From: Lama glama
Lineage: Eukaryota
Length of the DNA stretch: 64,000 bases
Assembly: GCA_028534125.1 (NCBI GenBank)
Contig: CM052817.1
Coordinates: forward strand, 40,488,001-40,552,000
Direction of reading: 5' to 3'
The stretch's first letter is position 1, and each line of letters begins with the position of its first letter. The notes below the pieces were generated by a model. The model saw nothing but the letters and a program-made list of their open reading frames with translations. It was not told the origin of the DNA and searched no databases. Of this stretch, positions 11,570 through 29,669 are shown in pieces. A program made the translations under genes and the position numbers.

Positions 11570-13392
11570 GGCCTCAGTCTTTAAGGTCCTTCTCCCTCTC
11601 TTGGAATTCAGTCTTCATGCAGCAAGATGGGGCAGCAGTGGTACTGATTTCTACAACTGGCCCAGGCTCTCAGAGTCAGGCATTGGCAAAGCAAAGGCTG
11701 AGCACCAGGTCTCCTACTTCTTACTCCAGTGGAACCATTCCGGCTGCACTCACGCTGTCAGAGTGCCCTCTTTCAGGGGGAGATCCAGAACAATTGGTTC
11801 ACATGCTCAGTTCACATCCCTATTTTCTACACTCCCTCTACTTCTTGGCTACTGATAGAATTATTTTTGGTAGCATAATTGATAGCCTTATTATGAGCCC
11901 ACAATTTTCTGGACATAAATGAATAGACACTGAAAAGCTATCTTGTGTATGCTTAAAATGTTCATCATTTCCCACATTATGTAAACTGGGTAGCCGTGCA
12001 CCACTGGCTCATATAATAGCTTTCATGTATTGCATAGACTGTCACCTATAAATAGTTGTATTCATTAGATCTCAGTATTTTCACCACCCAGTATAGTACC
12101 TGGTACAAGTAGGTTGTCCATACTTGTGAAATGGATTGGATTGGATTAAGCTGATTAAAATTGGCTCCAATGTCTTTCAACTCATAGATTCTATAATTTA
12201 TTTAATGCTCCTACCCAGATAGGTTTTTAGTCTACAGCATTACTGTTCAGAGACATGCATTAGGTCCAGTTGTCTGTCCCCTGGTCCGAAAGATCTACCT
12301 ATTCAGGTAGGTCAGTTCTGGGAACTACGACCTTCCTGAGCCCTCCCAGATTACCTGCCTAGAAGGAAAGGCTGTGTTCTCTCTCTGTTCTCAACACTCC
12401 GAAGGGTCAGGGAGTCTCAGCACACAGAAGATGATATCGTGGAGGTGCTCAGAAACGTGGGAGCGCAGGTTCCAACCCAGTAAGCGACTTTTTGTAGTTG
12501 TAGAACCCAAAATAATGAGCAGTGATATTTCCTTAGAGGTGCCATTTAATCACATTATCCTTCTGTTTATCAAGTCACCTGTGGAGGTCACTAGGGTACT
12601 TTATTTTCTTGGAACAGGCCTTTTTTGCCCTAAGGATTGCTGGCATCCACCATCACAAATAGATTTTGTCTGGTGGCTTTAAAGCAATAATTAGTCGTTT
12701 CTCTCTGTTCTGTACCAAGGATTTTTCACAGACAGTTCTGAAGCTTCTGGTTTTCACTTCATTTTTGTGGACAATTTTTAATTCATATATTTTTACTTTA
12801 AAATAGAATGTCCAAGATGCCTGACATCCGTATTCTTTTCCGTTGTGTTGGTTGGCACGGATTTAAAGTTGTACAACATACGTTGTTTCCAGAGCGTGTC
12901 TTCTCAGATAGCTGCTCAGTAACATGTCACAAGAAGAGTTCAGATTTGCAAAGCATTTGTTATTTCTTCCTGCGCTGAGGATTTGTTTAGTAACCATTTA
13001 TTTCTCACACTCTTACCTCCCACACTGTAGACACGTGTACACGTCAGACCCATAGAGCCGGAAACTTGTAAATGTTAATGAAGCACTAAAAGCAGGTTGG
13101 ACTGTGCCTTTGGTACCTAGCTTTTCTCCTGGAAGTCCAAACCCAAACTCTTTTGTCTTTTCTTAAATATAGTGACGCTTGTTTAAGGATACACGTCTTT
13201 AGGAGAAATTTTCTGTCAGCTCTCAACTAAGACTCTGGAATATTTAAACTAATGCTACAAAAGTCTTCCGTGTTACTTGCTGAAGGGATTGCCCGCCTGT
13301 AGGTGGCAGTAATGGTAGTGATTTGAATCATGGTGTCATAAAATACATTTTTTTTTTTTTTTTGGTCAAAGTAAACTTCCTTTCCATCTTGA

Positions 13393-13533
<141 letters not shown>

Positions 13534-13599
13534 TGAGTATTCTCTTATTTAATTATTTAAGGACCCAGATGCAGTGTAGATGAGATTATGAAGTTTTGA

Positions 13600-14045
13600 T
13601 AGTACCATTGGCCCTTTTGCAGATTCCACAGCCTCAGAGTCAACCAACTGCAGGTCAAAACTATTTGGGGAAAAAAATTCCAGAAAGTTCCAAAAAGCAA
13701 AACTTGAATTTGCTGGGCACCGGCAACTATTTACGTAGTATTTATGTTGTATTTACAACTATTTACATTGTATTAGATATCACAAGTAGAGATGAAAGTA
13801 TACAGGAGAATGTGCATAGGTTACAGTTGAACCCTGAACAACATGGGTTTGTACTGTGAGGGTCCACTTTACGTGGATTTTTGTTTCGATAAATACTGTA
13901 GTACTACATGGTCCACGGTTGGCTGAACTGGAGGATGTGTAAACTTAGATGATGAGGGTTGACGTGGGACTTGAGTATCCACGGAATCTGGTAACCACAA
14001 CTGGTCTTGGAACCAACCCCCTGCAGACACAGACGGACGACTGTG
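13600..14045. mobile_element. TcMar-Tigger family non-autonomous DNA transposon fragments (MER2/MER8-like)
   Basis: TACAGTTGAACCCTGAACAACATGGGTTTG...GGAACCAACCCCCTGCAGACACAGACGGACGACTG termini. Confidence 0.7.
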
Positions 14046-14760
14046 TATGTCATATTCATAAGAATGTATTTGTAAATACTTTAAAATAATGTTTACTAAT
14101 TCAATCTTGCTAAAGTTCCCATTTCTCTTCCCTTTTCTATTACCCAAAGTAAATAGCAAGAGTGAGAATAAATTATGCAAAGCAGATAGTGAAGAATACT
14201 GGGATACGGACTCATTACTTGCAAGAATTGCTGATTTGACACTAACATGCTAAAGATTCCATTCACAGTCCAGTTCATAGTTGGGTTTTTCTGATGTGTG
14301 TGACTGGGTCTGGTACGTTTATAAAATGGGTATTATTACATTAGAAGTCCCACAATTGCTTATTTCAAGTCCTATTTAGTTCTAGAAAATTATTTTAGTT
14401 CCTTGCAGTTTATTAAGAAATATGGACTCATATTCCTGAGAAATTAGAAACTTTGAATCTTAATTTTAGTTTGCCCAAAGTTGTACAGTCATATTTCTTT
14501 GTTTTCCAGTTGCCAGATTATAGTGGTTGCCATAATTTGGGGAGTGTTTTGAAAATTAAAGAAACACTATTAATAATGGTATTTGAGCTTCAGAGAGCTA
14601 GGTGATCTATAGGTAAAGCATTGTAGTAAAACAATGTTTTCCCAATTAGAAAAAAATGAATATTATTTAATGTGGTTAGTCCAATAAAACTGGGAAACAA
14701 ATGATTTTTGGTTTTTAAAAAAATTTTTTGTTTTATAAATTTTTATTTTTTTCTTCATAG

Positions 14761-14814
14761 ATACTTTATAGCTGTGGAAGATGACAAAATTTTCCCATTA
14801 AATTCAGCTGAAAG
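14761..14814 (+). CDS. TMEM150C: TMEM150C coding exon 2 (YFIAVEDDKIFPLNSAER)
   Basis: Polypyrimidine tract plus TAG acceptor; 54 nt; GTAAAG donor; frame continuous. Confidence 0.96.
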
Positions 14815-14942
14815 GTAAAGTTTATCTCTGGGTAATTCTTTGATCATCAGTAGATTTAACAAAAACTTTGCCACTGGTGAAGTTAAACTATGCACAAGTG
14901 ACCATACTTTAACCTGAGCTTCTGGGTTTTTTTATCATCCAG

Positions 14943-14975
14943 GAAACCTGGTGTGAAGCATGCGCCATATATAAG
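14943..14975 (+). CDS. TMEM150C: TMEM150C coding exon 3 (KPGVKHAPYIS), 33-nt exon
   Basis: CAG acceptor, GTAAC donor, frame continuous; preceded by a 128-nt intron. Confidence 0.95.
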
Positions 14976-15027
14976 GTAACTTGATAATTGTCTTCCGATC
15001 TGTTGGCTCACAGGAAAAGTTAGGAGG

Positions 15028-15380
15028 GTGTCTTAGTTCTGGCTACTGTGACAACGTAGCATAGATGGCATGGCTTATAAACATCAGAAGTTTATTTCTC
15101 ACATCTGGAGGCTGGAAGTCCAAGATCAGGGTACCAGGATGGTTGGTTCTCTCTTCTGGGTTTCAGACTGCCATCTTCTCATTGTGTCCTCACATAGTAG
15201 AAAGAGGACAAGAGAGGCCTCTGGGGTCCCTTTTATAAGGGCAGTAACCCCATTCATGGGGGCTCCACCCTCATGACCCCATCACCTCCTAAAGGCCCCA
15301 CCTCCCAATGCCATCACACTGGGGGTTGGGATTTCAACATATGAATTTTAAGGGGACACCAACATTCAGTCCATTGCAGA
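15028..15380 (+). mobile_element. MaLR solo LTR (MLT1A/MST-like)
   Basis: TGTCTTAGTT...GGAGGCTGGAAGTCCAAGATCAGG...CATTCAGTCCATTGCA. Confidence 0.8.
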
Positions 15381-15410
15381 GGGTTATCGATTTTACTATC
15401 ATAATGGTGA

Positions 15411-15536
<126 letters not shown>

Positions 15537-18500
15537 TAGTTCTTTTTGTTTTAAATTCTCCCAAACCCATATCAAAAGTGTGGTGGGCTTACTTGATAAT
15601 TTTGTATTGCATCATGTCAGTATGCTAAAGTGGGTTTTTTGTTTCGAGAGTCTTTTTTCTCATACATCCTTTTACATTCACCTGCTTACCTTACATTTTC
15701 TTTTCTCTTTACCATCTTTAATCATTTCAGCGTATTCTTGACTTTATTTCATTTGCTGCATGAAATAATATATTTTATGTCCCATAAAATCCTGCATGAG
15801 AATGTAACATTGTGCAATATGTTTGCCTTAAAAAGAATGCCTTATTTATTCCTTCGCTGTCAAGGATGAAAAAATGCAAAGGCTCTGTGTTAAATATCGA
15901 TGTGTGTAGATTTTGTGTTTAAATCTTAAGGTCAGGATTCACTTTAGGATGATGCCCTCCTCTGTGCCTGTACACATATCAAGCTGGCAAATGGAAACGT
16001 AGGTTAAAAAAAAAAGAGAGAAGGAAACCTTTGGACTCATGTCCAGCCCTACTTCCCCACTTTCCCTTTAGGGACCAAGGGAAATGTCACTTAATATCCT
16101 GTCCCCTTTGCTCTGTGAGTGCTTCCCTCCAGGCATGGGGGAACCAGCCACGCTCTCTGTCCTTCTCCAAATTGGCCTTATAGCCCGTTTCCTCCAGGCC
16201 AGGACTCCTTGGTGTCTTTCAAAGGGTCAACCAGCTACTGTCATCACTGGCATGTGTGGAGTTGGGTCAGCGACAACTGAATTTTTCGACAGTAGTTTTC
16301 CAGAAAATTTCTTTTGGATAGAGAGACTTTCACTCCAAGTAAGAGATAATGATTTAAAAAATAAATAAGTAAAAATATTTTTTAAATAAATAAAAATAAA
16401 AATAAAAATAAATTTTAATTTTTTAAAAAGTAAACTGACTATACTTCAATAAAAAAAAATTTTTTTAAGATAATAATGATGTTATTTCCAAGGGAGTATT
16501 TGGCCTTGGTGGCATCTGTCCCCCAAAGAGGTGGCCTGTTATTTTATCTATTTATAACTACCCCCGCCCAAATTTCTACTCATGCTTATATGTTCCTTCT
16601 TAATGTTTGCTATAGGAAAAGGGAAGGCCTATAGAATTCCTTGGAAAATCAAGGGAGATGATTGGTCCAACTTGCTACACAGGCAGAATCTGACTTGGTT
16701 CAGAAAGCTCAACATGCGAGAAACACGTTCCCTGGGAGGCACCAGGGGAAGTGCTGGTCAGTTGGGTTTGTCCTCACTGCCTTCAGCCTTGGGGCTGCCA
16801 GGAGCTCTGTACTCACTTTTTTCCTACTCTTGACACCACTCTTCTGAAAAGATCTAATAAACGTATTCATACTAAGGCATAAATGGCATCCAAGGAGCTA
16901 TTTGCATTTGATAGAACACAAAGTCCCAAGAGTGAATCTGGACTTGCAGGGTCAGGGACCCTTCCCAGCCCCTCTGCAGTCACACCACGTATGCCTGCAG
17001 GTTGGTACCTACTCATAGGGTCATCTTCGCAGCACAATAATAACAATAATTACTTACAGTCACTTAATATTCCAGGCACAATGCTAAGTGCTTTGCAAAA
17101 GCTACATCTTTAATCATGATACACAGGAGACTGCCCTTATGAAAAAGCTGTTCACAGGCTGTGTGTCCTTCACTGGGTTTTAAAGAAGCCAATGAACATA
17201 TTGGAAGCCACATTTGTTTCCTTTATATTCTTAAGATAAACTGATACGTTCCAGTAGTCCTTAGTGTAAAACCTAAAAAATGCCAGTTTACCCAGTTCAC
17301 AAATTTATCCATAAATCATAAGCTTATGATTAACTAATTATAAAAGCATTTCCAAAAACACAGTAATGAGAACAAGTTCCCCTCTTCCAGATGACATGCG
17401 TCATCATCTTACTCTCCAGTCCTCCCCTGCTCCACCAAGAAGCAATTAAATTTTCACTAGCTTTTGCTCTAAGGTATTGCAGTATGCAGTGTTTATCATT
17501 TATTATCAGTCATCATTTTTAGTGCCATCTGGTAGACACAAAACTGATTAACATTAGTGTTCAGTAGAAGTAAACCAACAATTATTTATTTATCGACTCT
17601 GGGAATGAAAATGAATCAGTTTACTAATGATTCATGCTCTAAACTGTGGATGCTTTTGTCTCCCCCGGTTTGTCCTTCTCAGACCTCAGGCTGTTACTTT
17701 AGATGACATGACTGACTATAGGACACAGCCAGGACTGCCTATAAGTCATGGCTTGTTGGCAAGCGTATAGATTATAATTTGCACTCTACAAAGGAGTAGG
17801 TGTAGCATTTATTAAGATGAGTTAGCAAAGATCTTTTATCTTTTTCATGGACTAATCAAAGATCACATGCTCCGTTATTTCCTTTACAGAATTAGTTATG
17901 CTCTTTGTCCTGAATCCACACTTTTATTTCTTCTGGGGAGGTGGGGATGGGGTTAGGGGAAGACCTAAGACAAATTTCCTAAAAGGAATATTATTTGCTG
18001 CCCTGGAGAAGTTGTGAGGATGAAGCTAATAGCTGAATGACTCTGGTCACCTAGTACCAGCCACTCTCCCGCCTTCAGTCAAAACACATTGATTGCCATG
18101 TTCTCCTGCAGTCATAAATAGGAAATATTGATGCATAAACAGTAGAACTAAACAAAATGAAAAAGAATTTGGTCAGGCACCAGTCTAGAACTGCAATGAA
18201 GAGCTGCTGTTTTGAGTTTGAACTTTAAAATCCCGATCAGCCTCAAAATAAAAAATTTAACGAAGAAAATAAGCAATTACTCTTAATATTTGTATTTTTT
18301 AACAGACAAATAAATTAAATATGGGACACTTGTACAGCAAAGGACTGTTCTAAATGCCAAAGACAATAGAAGGGTAGGCTTTAATTTTTTTTCTTCAACT
18401 GTAAGTAAAATCAAAAATCTTAATGAAACAAAAAATGTGTATCTATTGCACAGAATGTTAATGTGATAAAAATTGGTTCCCATATACTAAGATGGCTTTG

Positions 18501-18834
18501 AAATTGCCCTACAGCTCAGAAGACTTTTTCAAGAAGGTATAATTAAGTCACTACTTGGTTGAAAATATCCTTCATAACAGTCTGAATCTGCCTCTATTTA
18601 AACCTGTTAATAAAACTGTTAATGGACCAAAACCTTAATTATTTCCACAACACTAAAATTTCACCTAGAATCTATTTAAAAAGGAAAGTAGGCCTAGTCT
18701 GAGCTGATTAATAATGGAGTTAATAGGTTAAAAGGGCAAAGTGTGGTGTTTGTAATGCAATTCTGGAAGTTAGGCCTGTTGGGTTAATTCTTGTCTTCAA
18801 GATTACTGTTTCTCTCTTAATTTCATCATCTGTT

Positions 18835-19470
18835 TTTTTTTTAATCGAAGTATATTCAGTTTACAACTCTGTGCCAATTTCTGGTGTACACCATGATGTT
18901 TCAGATATATATGTACATACACATATTCCTTTTCTTATTCTTTTTCATTATAGGTTACTACAAGATATTGAATAAAGTTCCCTGTGCTATACAGTATAAA
19001 CTTGTTGTTTATCTGTTTTATATATCGTTGTTAATATCTACAAATCTCAAATTCCCAATTTATCCCTTCCCATCCCCTTTCTCCCATGGTAACCATAAGT
19101 TTCTTTTCTTTGTTTATGAGTCTGTTTCTGTTTTGAAAATAAGTTCATTTGGGTCTTTTTTTAGATTCCACAATAAGTGATATCATATGGTATTTTTTTC
19201 TTTCTGGCTTACTTCACTTAGAATGACGATCTTCAGGCCCATCCATGTTGCTGCAAATGGCAGTATTTTATTCTTCTTTATGGCTGAATAGTATTCCATT
19301 GTATAAATATACCACAACTTCTTTCTCCAGTCATCTGTCGATGGACATTTAGGTTGCTTCCATGTCTTGGCTATTATAAATAGTGCTGCTATGAACATTG
19401 GGGTGCATGTATCTTTTTGAATTAGAGCTTCCTCCAGATATATGCCCAGGGGTGGGATTGCTGGATCATA
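18835..19470 (-). mobile_element. 5'-truncated L1 (ORF2 C-terminus plus 3' UTR)
   Basis: ORF 19183..19398 (MFIAALFIIAKTWKQPKCPS...) is the L1 ORF2 end; TSD TCATCATCTGTT at 18823-18834 and 19471-19482. Confidence 0.92.
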
Positions 19471-21560
19471 TCATCATCTGTTCTGGATAAAATGATTTCT
19501 CATCCATATTACAAGTGAGAAGGCTAGCAATGCTGGAGCCAGGAGAATGATGCATGTGCAGAGTTTATCTGTGAGAAATGAGTAACCCAGAGAACAGCAT
19601 TGACTGTCTCCCTTTGGAGGTAGTGGCACAACTACTGATGGTTAACATGAAGAGCCATTTCAGTGTCTACCTCAGCAGTGGTTTAGGGCTTAGACCAAAG
19701 TTCCAGCATGATCCTATCCCTCCAAACTGAATGACAACCAAATAGTTCCCAGACCCACACTTTTCCCTTCTTTTCCCTTTTAAAAGAAATTAACTGTGTG
19801 GCTTAGGTATTTTGTCATTATGCCATGACTAATATACACACACAATTCATTAGCAGCTGTCTCCCTGGTGCCTGGTGTGGAGGTGTCTGGTCTAAAACTA
19901 ATGGCTTCCTTATCTCAAGATCACTTTGTGTCAGGGCACTTGTGTTGAATTTCTCCTCTTCCCATTTCTCCCTCCTGTTCCCAGCCCAAAAAGTAATAGA
20001 AATTGTGCTTATTTTTTTCATCCTCTTGGATAGTTACTGTCACCGTGAATAGACTTCTGATATGTTATAAATTCTCACCAGATCCCTCAAACCATTAGGT
20101 TGAAAAACTATTATCAACTCAAGTATAATCTATTAATTTGGTGATGAATCTTGGGCATTAGCTTAAACATAAATCCACTAAAAGCTAAATCAGAGCCAGC
20201 CAATCTGAGATCTCATAAATTATGGTTTAATTCTATTTTGTTTCCAAAATCCAAATATTAACCAAGTGATGTAGCACTTTTTGATCAGAGGTACTTGGAA
20301 CTGAAAGTCATTTCGCTGAACTTAACTTTGTAGCGTGAAACTATGGAATTCAGTATACTTGGGAAATACAAGTTTGTGGAAGGGTTTCTTTATTAATGGC
20401 TACTAATAATGGCCTGTAATCAAGGTAGACCTTTAGCAAATATTATCTACTTAATTACTGTATAAATAGGATAATTCTTGAATTCCTAATCGTCTTTCCT
20501 GCTAAATCTTAATGTCAAAATTAGCTGCCTTAGGAAGTAGTGAGTACCTTCCCTTACGTTAGATATAACTAATATGAGTTGCAAGTGCCTTTAAAAATCA
20601 TTTGTAGACTAACCTCTCCTAGATTTTTTGGATAAACATGAAAATATCCCTGCACTAAGCAGTTAATAAAGGGATTCTTAGATTAGTGGTTTGAGTATGA
20701 ACCAGCCTCAAGGTTTCTATAGAAGTCAGATTTGAAATCTAGGTAACTTCTCTCATTCTCTCTTAAGATTCTCCTATGACAATGGGGTTCAAAACATACA
20801 GTGGTTTTTAAAATGAGTAATTAACATCATTTGGAAGAATTGAGCTTTCTTAATATAAGCAGCATGATTTTTATAGTACATACCAAATCCCCAAGTCTTC
20901 TATGTTAAAATACAGATTCCATAATTTGATTGCTGTGAACTGCCCTAATTTGGATTAACTATCTTTGTCCTTTGACAATGAACGCCCCCAGGTAGAATCA
21001 GAGAGAAGTGGGAGTAAACCAGATAAAGGGATTTGCACACTTGCCCTTATCTTCCTTCCTATCCGCGGGAGTGATTCCTGGCACAGGGACCAGCAGGTTT
21101 GCCTAGATGTGGTAACCTTGTCTTCTTCCCTGTGTTTTTGTGCCCTGTCCTAACCCCGTTCTAAACTAAAGGCTGATTGAATGAGTAAATCCCGTGCCAT
21201 GGGCCGTCTCCCTCTGTCTGATTTGTTGTGTGCCAAGCCTCTGCAGTGTTCTCCTAAGCCAGACTGTCCTGTACTGACCTTGTTTTTGAAACTCTGAGAA
21301 CAGCACTATTAACAGTTCAACATCATCTTACATCACCCAAATACCATATAGCACTGCTGCTTCAATTCCTCTCTGCTTTTTCAGGTTAGCTAGAGAAAAA
21401 AAATCTCAATAATCAGAAGTATTGCATGGAAAATTTCCTTAAAAGACTGTCATTTCAGAGATTTTTAAATGTACTGTGGCAAAAAGTTTAATTTGGCCTA
21501 TTGTGGCTTTAGAACTCCACTTCCTAGACTGGGTGTGTGATTTCAGTTTTTCAATTTTAA

Positions 21561-21776
<216 letters not shown>

Positions 21777-24459
21777 TAGTCACTATGTGGCCCATAAAAT
21801 TCTGCATGAACCTTAAAAAATGCTAACAGTGCTTCCTGATATGCATGGTTCCCCAGCAGTCAGCCCGTCTGGGCTTTGAGCCTACGTGTGCTCACTATGT
21901 ATTGGAAATGCTGCATGGCTACTGGGAAACATAGCTACTAAAATAGCAGTATGTTTTCTACAAAGGCTTTCAAAGTGCTGTACACTTTCTTCATAACAAA
22001 TTGTATCCTAATGTACCTTTCTAGAAAACTAATAGGACTATTGCCTTTCTAGAGTTATACACTGAACAGCTTTATTGGATGAAAGCTTGCATTTCAGGTT
22101 AGTAAGCTCATATGCGAGTCAAATTTGAAAACTCAGAATTTCTTTAGAATGCTTGTGACCTGGATAAAGTTACATTCACCCTAACTCTTCTTCCCAGAAA
22201 TTTAGAAGCCCATGGTCACTGAAGCATAATTTCCCTTGCCATTGCCATCCCCCAACTCTTGACCTAAGTGATTTCTTCGGAAACTAAACATGGAGATCCC
22301 CGCAGTGTTACAGCAGCTGTCTGACTTCCCTGCCTCCATTCCCTCCCCAGCATCCTCCAACCTACACTATATACGCGGCTAGAAACTTCCTCCTTGCACT
22401 CAAACACCTATCCTGACCCTTCTCCCCCATCTACTGAGTGAAATCCAAATCGTGTAGGCATTCCAGACCCTCACATTCTAGTGAGCATTTAATAATGTTC
22501 TTACTGAAAATACGGTAGTGGATTTTTTCTAAGACTGTCTCTTGTCCTTAATTCAGTGCTGATAATTTATTAAATTGGGATAACTCATCTCCCTGAGACA
22601 AGACATCCACTGGCACATCGTAGCAACTCAACAAGTATATTTTACTTAATGAGTCGTTCAACAGATAGGCAATCCCACTGATTTCTCTCTCTATTCCAGG
22701 TCTCATTTCCTGTTAACCTAGATAATGAGAAAGCTGCATTCTTAGGATATATTGGCTAGGACAGTGAGCTAGAACACAAGAGATAATTGAGAGTTTATCT
22801 GTTAAGCTCCAAAATATTAGGGCACAGAGCATTTTTTATTGAGATTTTGATGGGAATTCTTCCTCCACTTACCTGTCTGTGCTGCAGGTGCCGGCGTGTT
22901 GTAAAATGCTCAATAACTATCATTTCTTTCATCCGGGTCTTGGATGGACGTTACTGAGTAGACATTTTGTTCTAACGTTCCTAGAAGAATCCCAGTGATT
23001 GGGTTGTTTGGGTGAACCAAAAATATTCAAAACCATAAATGTTGGCACTACCTATGAAGAACAATTTCTGGAATATGTACAGATTACACAGTAAACAAAT
23101 AACACACTAGTTGCCAGGTGCCTAGTATATGAGATAGGAGACAGACTTTTCAGTCTATTCTGTTTATAATTTTTAAAGTTTGACTGATGTAACTATATTA
23201 TCTGATTTTTAACTGTTTTTTAACTTTTTAAATTGAAGTACATTCAGTTACAGTGTGTCAGTTTCTATATTATCTATTTTTAAAATTAGTTTTTAAAATA
23301 AATGAATAGACTGTGTACAGCATGGAAAACCAAATTCCTCGATAATTTGATTTAGGGAATCATTATTTAAAATGTTTACAAAATATGTGTTTTGAACTGT
23401 AAAGGGGGAAAAAAAGTGACTTATTCCAAAGAAGAAAAAATTCTATAGCCAAACCAAAGAAAAAAATTGTGAAGGGAAAGTAATATTGATTTGATACAAC
23501 TATTATTAACAGCAATGTCAAACAATAAAACACCTGGAGGCAATGGCGATTCAAAAAATATATTTTCACCATGTTTTTAAAGCCATCTCTTCAACAGTAG
23601 ATTTTCCTGTATGTATCCTATATGTGGGGGGTAGTATATGTGTAGTTAAAAGTATATGTAATTACTGAAGGTGTTTTAAGTAACAATTTTTTTTTTAATC
23701 AGTGGGTCATGATTTGGGCAGTTTGCATCTCTCACCCCTAACTGAAATAATCCAAATGGGTCTCCTTTAATCTATTAACTGTATAAAAGCTTTGACCAGG
23801 TATCTTCAAACACTGTTGCCCTTTAATGGGTCTCCAGATATGGCAAAAGCTCCGAAGTGCAGTTTTCTTGTAATATTAGGAAAACAAACCAAAAAAGGCC
23901 ATTAGCAGTGAATTGGCCACATCATAGCCTGGGCAGTTTTGTAGCAGTAAAGAACAGCCCAAGTGTTATTAGGTGCCCAGGCCAATAAAATCTTCACCTG
24001 CTTGGAATTGGCCATCGTCAATCAGTAAGTAAGTACACAGCCAGATTCTGGTCTTATTTATTATTCTAGAAAACAGTTTGGGGTTTATGTTCATATAAAC
24101 TTTACATTTCTCTCTCTCTCTCTCTCTTTTTTCTGTTATAACTATCTTGCTTTTTTCTTTCACTTTTCCACAAAGCTTTTCTGGAAAACAAAATCAAAGA
24201 ATAGATTACCACTGCCTGTATGATTTTTTCAAATAAATGTTTTGAAATTTGAGGTACTCTTTATTTCCCTTCTTCTCCTCAGAGTTTAAACCAATGGAGA
24301 ACAGACACAAAGAGCCAATGGGAGGCTCTATTCTTTCTAAAATCTATCATCCCATTATTGAGACATCCCTTTACCTAATTTTCCTGCCTCACATATTCCA
24401 TTGGCTTGTATGTCTTTTCGAAATGGGCCTCCACATGTCATTACCTATTCATCCTTTAG

Positions 24460-27543
<3,084 letters not shown>

Positions 27544-29559
27544 CCCATCAGTTGTTCCTTGCTGGTGCGGTGGGTGCAGCAGCAGGGGAGGGGCCAGGAC
27601 ACACCCACCGGACTTGACACATAACCTCACGACACATCACACACACACACGTCCGTGGCCACAATTGCCAAATGAGCTTTTCAGGGCGAGTCATTTAACA
27701 AAAAAGCACAAGCCCTAGGTGTCGAAATACACGCCGTTACACTGAAAATATATTGCACGACAGAGCAAGAAGCTTGTGCACGATCACGTCTCTTTCCCTC
27801 CCTCTCCCAGCACCCCCTGCTCTTCTTGTCCTCTTCACATATTTCAGATATCGTGACCCCCCCCCCCACCACAGAGTAGGGCGGGCTGAATGTCACAGGG
27901 GAATAACACCAACTCCTGACATTGCCTTCTGATCCAAAGGGCTTGGAACCGGCTCATGAGGAAATTCTGACTCTGGCACCAATGCTCTTGAATGGAGAGG
28001 GTATCATCCAGGTAGATGGACACCGTACAGAGATGTGACCCTGCGTAACCTCTGGTGCTACGGGAGCACGGACAGACCTTTCCCACAGAAACTCCCTTCA
28101 TCGTTGCTCAGTGCTTGGCTGAGCAGATGCAGTGAAAGGAATTCCTGACAAGTTACGGGAGGGAAGCCCACCACCGTGATTTGGACTTTACTGTAACTGA
28201 GAAAATATTTCCAAATGTGAATATTTGCAGGGACACGGTGTGCCAGACATGGAACAAGATGGGGGCAACGAGTATGGTTTCACTTTTGCTTCTATAGTAC
28301 CCTACGTTCAGTTTTTCTTTTATATTTCATGGTTTGCTTTCTTTTTTTCTTTTCCTTTAGTAACTACCATGGGTCTCTTGAGGCCTCATGGATAAAGAAA
28401 ACGTAGGACAAATGCAAGAACTGATCTTGTTTGGGGTTCAACTATGATCAAAGGAAAAAGAAAAAGGTCACTTGCAGGCTTATTTGCTGCTTTTATGTTT
28501 GAAGCTAAGAAAATGTTCACAGAAAAGCACAAAGAAACACGCGTGGAGGTACCAAAAAGAGCTCCTGCTGGACATTTATAAAAGATAGAAGTTTTAGAGC
28601 ATCTTGTTGCAAGTCCAAATCAGGGGGCAGTTTCTTAATACGTATCTATAGCTCAAATTTAGTATTTGGGCGGGGGGGCAGATAAGGGCTTTTCATACTT
28701 GGAATTTGTAGAAGTCGATTAAAACATTACCCTCCCCCAAAACAAACTGGTGCAGCTAGTCTCCTGCTACCCAACATGCAATTCCCACCAGCTCAGAGTT
28801 TAGAACTCAAGCCATAGGCCTGGGCTTCTGAGGCTTTGCTTCATAAAGATAAGAATTCTAAATTCAGGATGTGTGAGAGTGGGCCACGGTGATAGACCCT
28901 CCATGAGTGCACTTTGTTTCAAGAAATCCCCAAACTGACTTCACAGGGGCTTGGGATTTCATGGAATATAATGTGAAAAAACATTGTTTTTTAATTCAGC
29001 CCAAACTCTGAGCCTCTTGAGGAGGGAGGGGGCCGATGACTTTTCACCTCTGTATTTGTCGCCGCCTCCTAGCACAGTGCCTGGCACGTCTTAGGTGCTC
29101 CACAAACATCTGTTGACTAGAATTCCTGGTAATTGAAAGGAGCATCAGAGAAAGACTCAGAGATGAGTGAGAGAGAATAGATGATCATTTCCTGCAAGAC
29201 AGGAATGGAAGAAAGCATGAGTCAGGGTTAGATGGGGGAATGAGAATGCCTCTGAGGGATAAGTGAAATGGGAGAAAAAGAGGCAAGCAGGGAGTGTTCT
29301 ATTAGAAAGGCTAATACTGTAAATAGTCCAAGGTGACATTTATTATTTTTGAATACTGCTTTTGGGGTTTTTTTTTCCATTTTTATATTTTAAAAATGTT
29401 ATCAGAGAACAGAGATTTATGAAGTTTTCTTTTACTCTACACAATCCAAATTAAATAGCTTTTGGTGATGCACTGTACACTTTCTTAAGAGTAAATCTAA
29501 TAGCACATTTTAACAGAATCAAGCAATGACTGGCATTATTCATTGGGATCTGACCACTA

Positions 29560-29565
29560 AATAAA
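29560..29565 (+). terminator. TMEM150C: Candidate TMEM150C poly(A) signal AATAAA
   Basis: AATAAA about 2 kb after the stop, followed by a T-rich downstream element; an ATTAAA at 28718-28723 is a proximal alternative. Confidence 0.55.
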
Positions 29566-29669
29566 ATTCTTTAATGCAGAACTGTGATTTTATTTTTTGG
29601 CTTCTTACACAAACATTTCTTCCCTCATATGGAAGCATGTGTAAACTCAATTAAACATTATGTTGAAAA

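Noticed and set aside
16350..16470. AT-rich quasi-palindromic tract
   Set aside because: Most simply poly(A)/poly(T) tails of tiny retroposon remnants.
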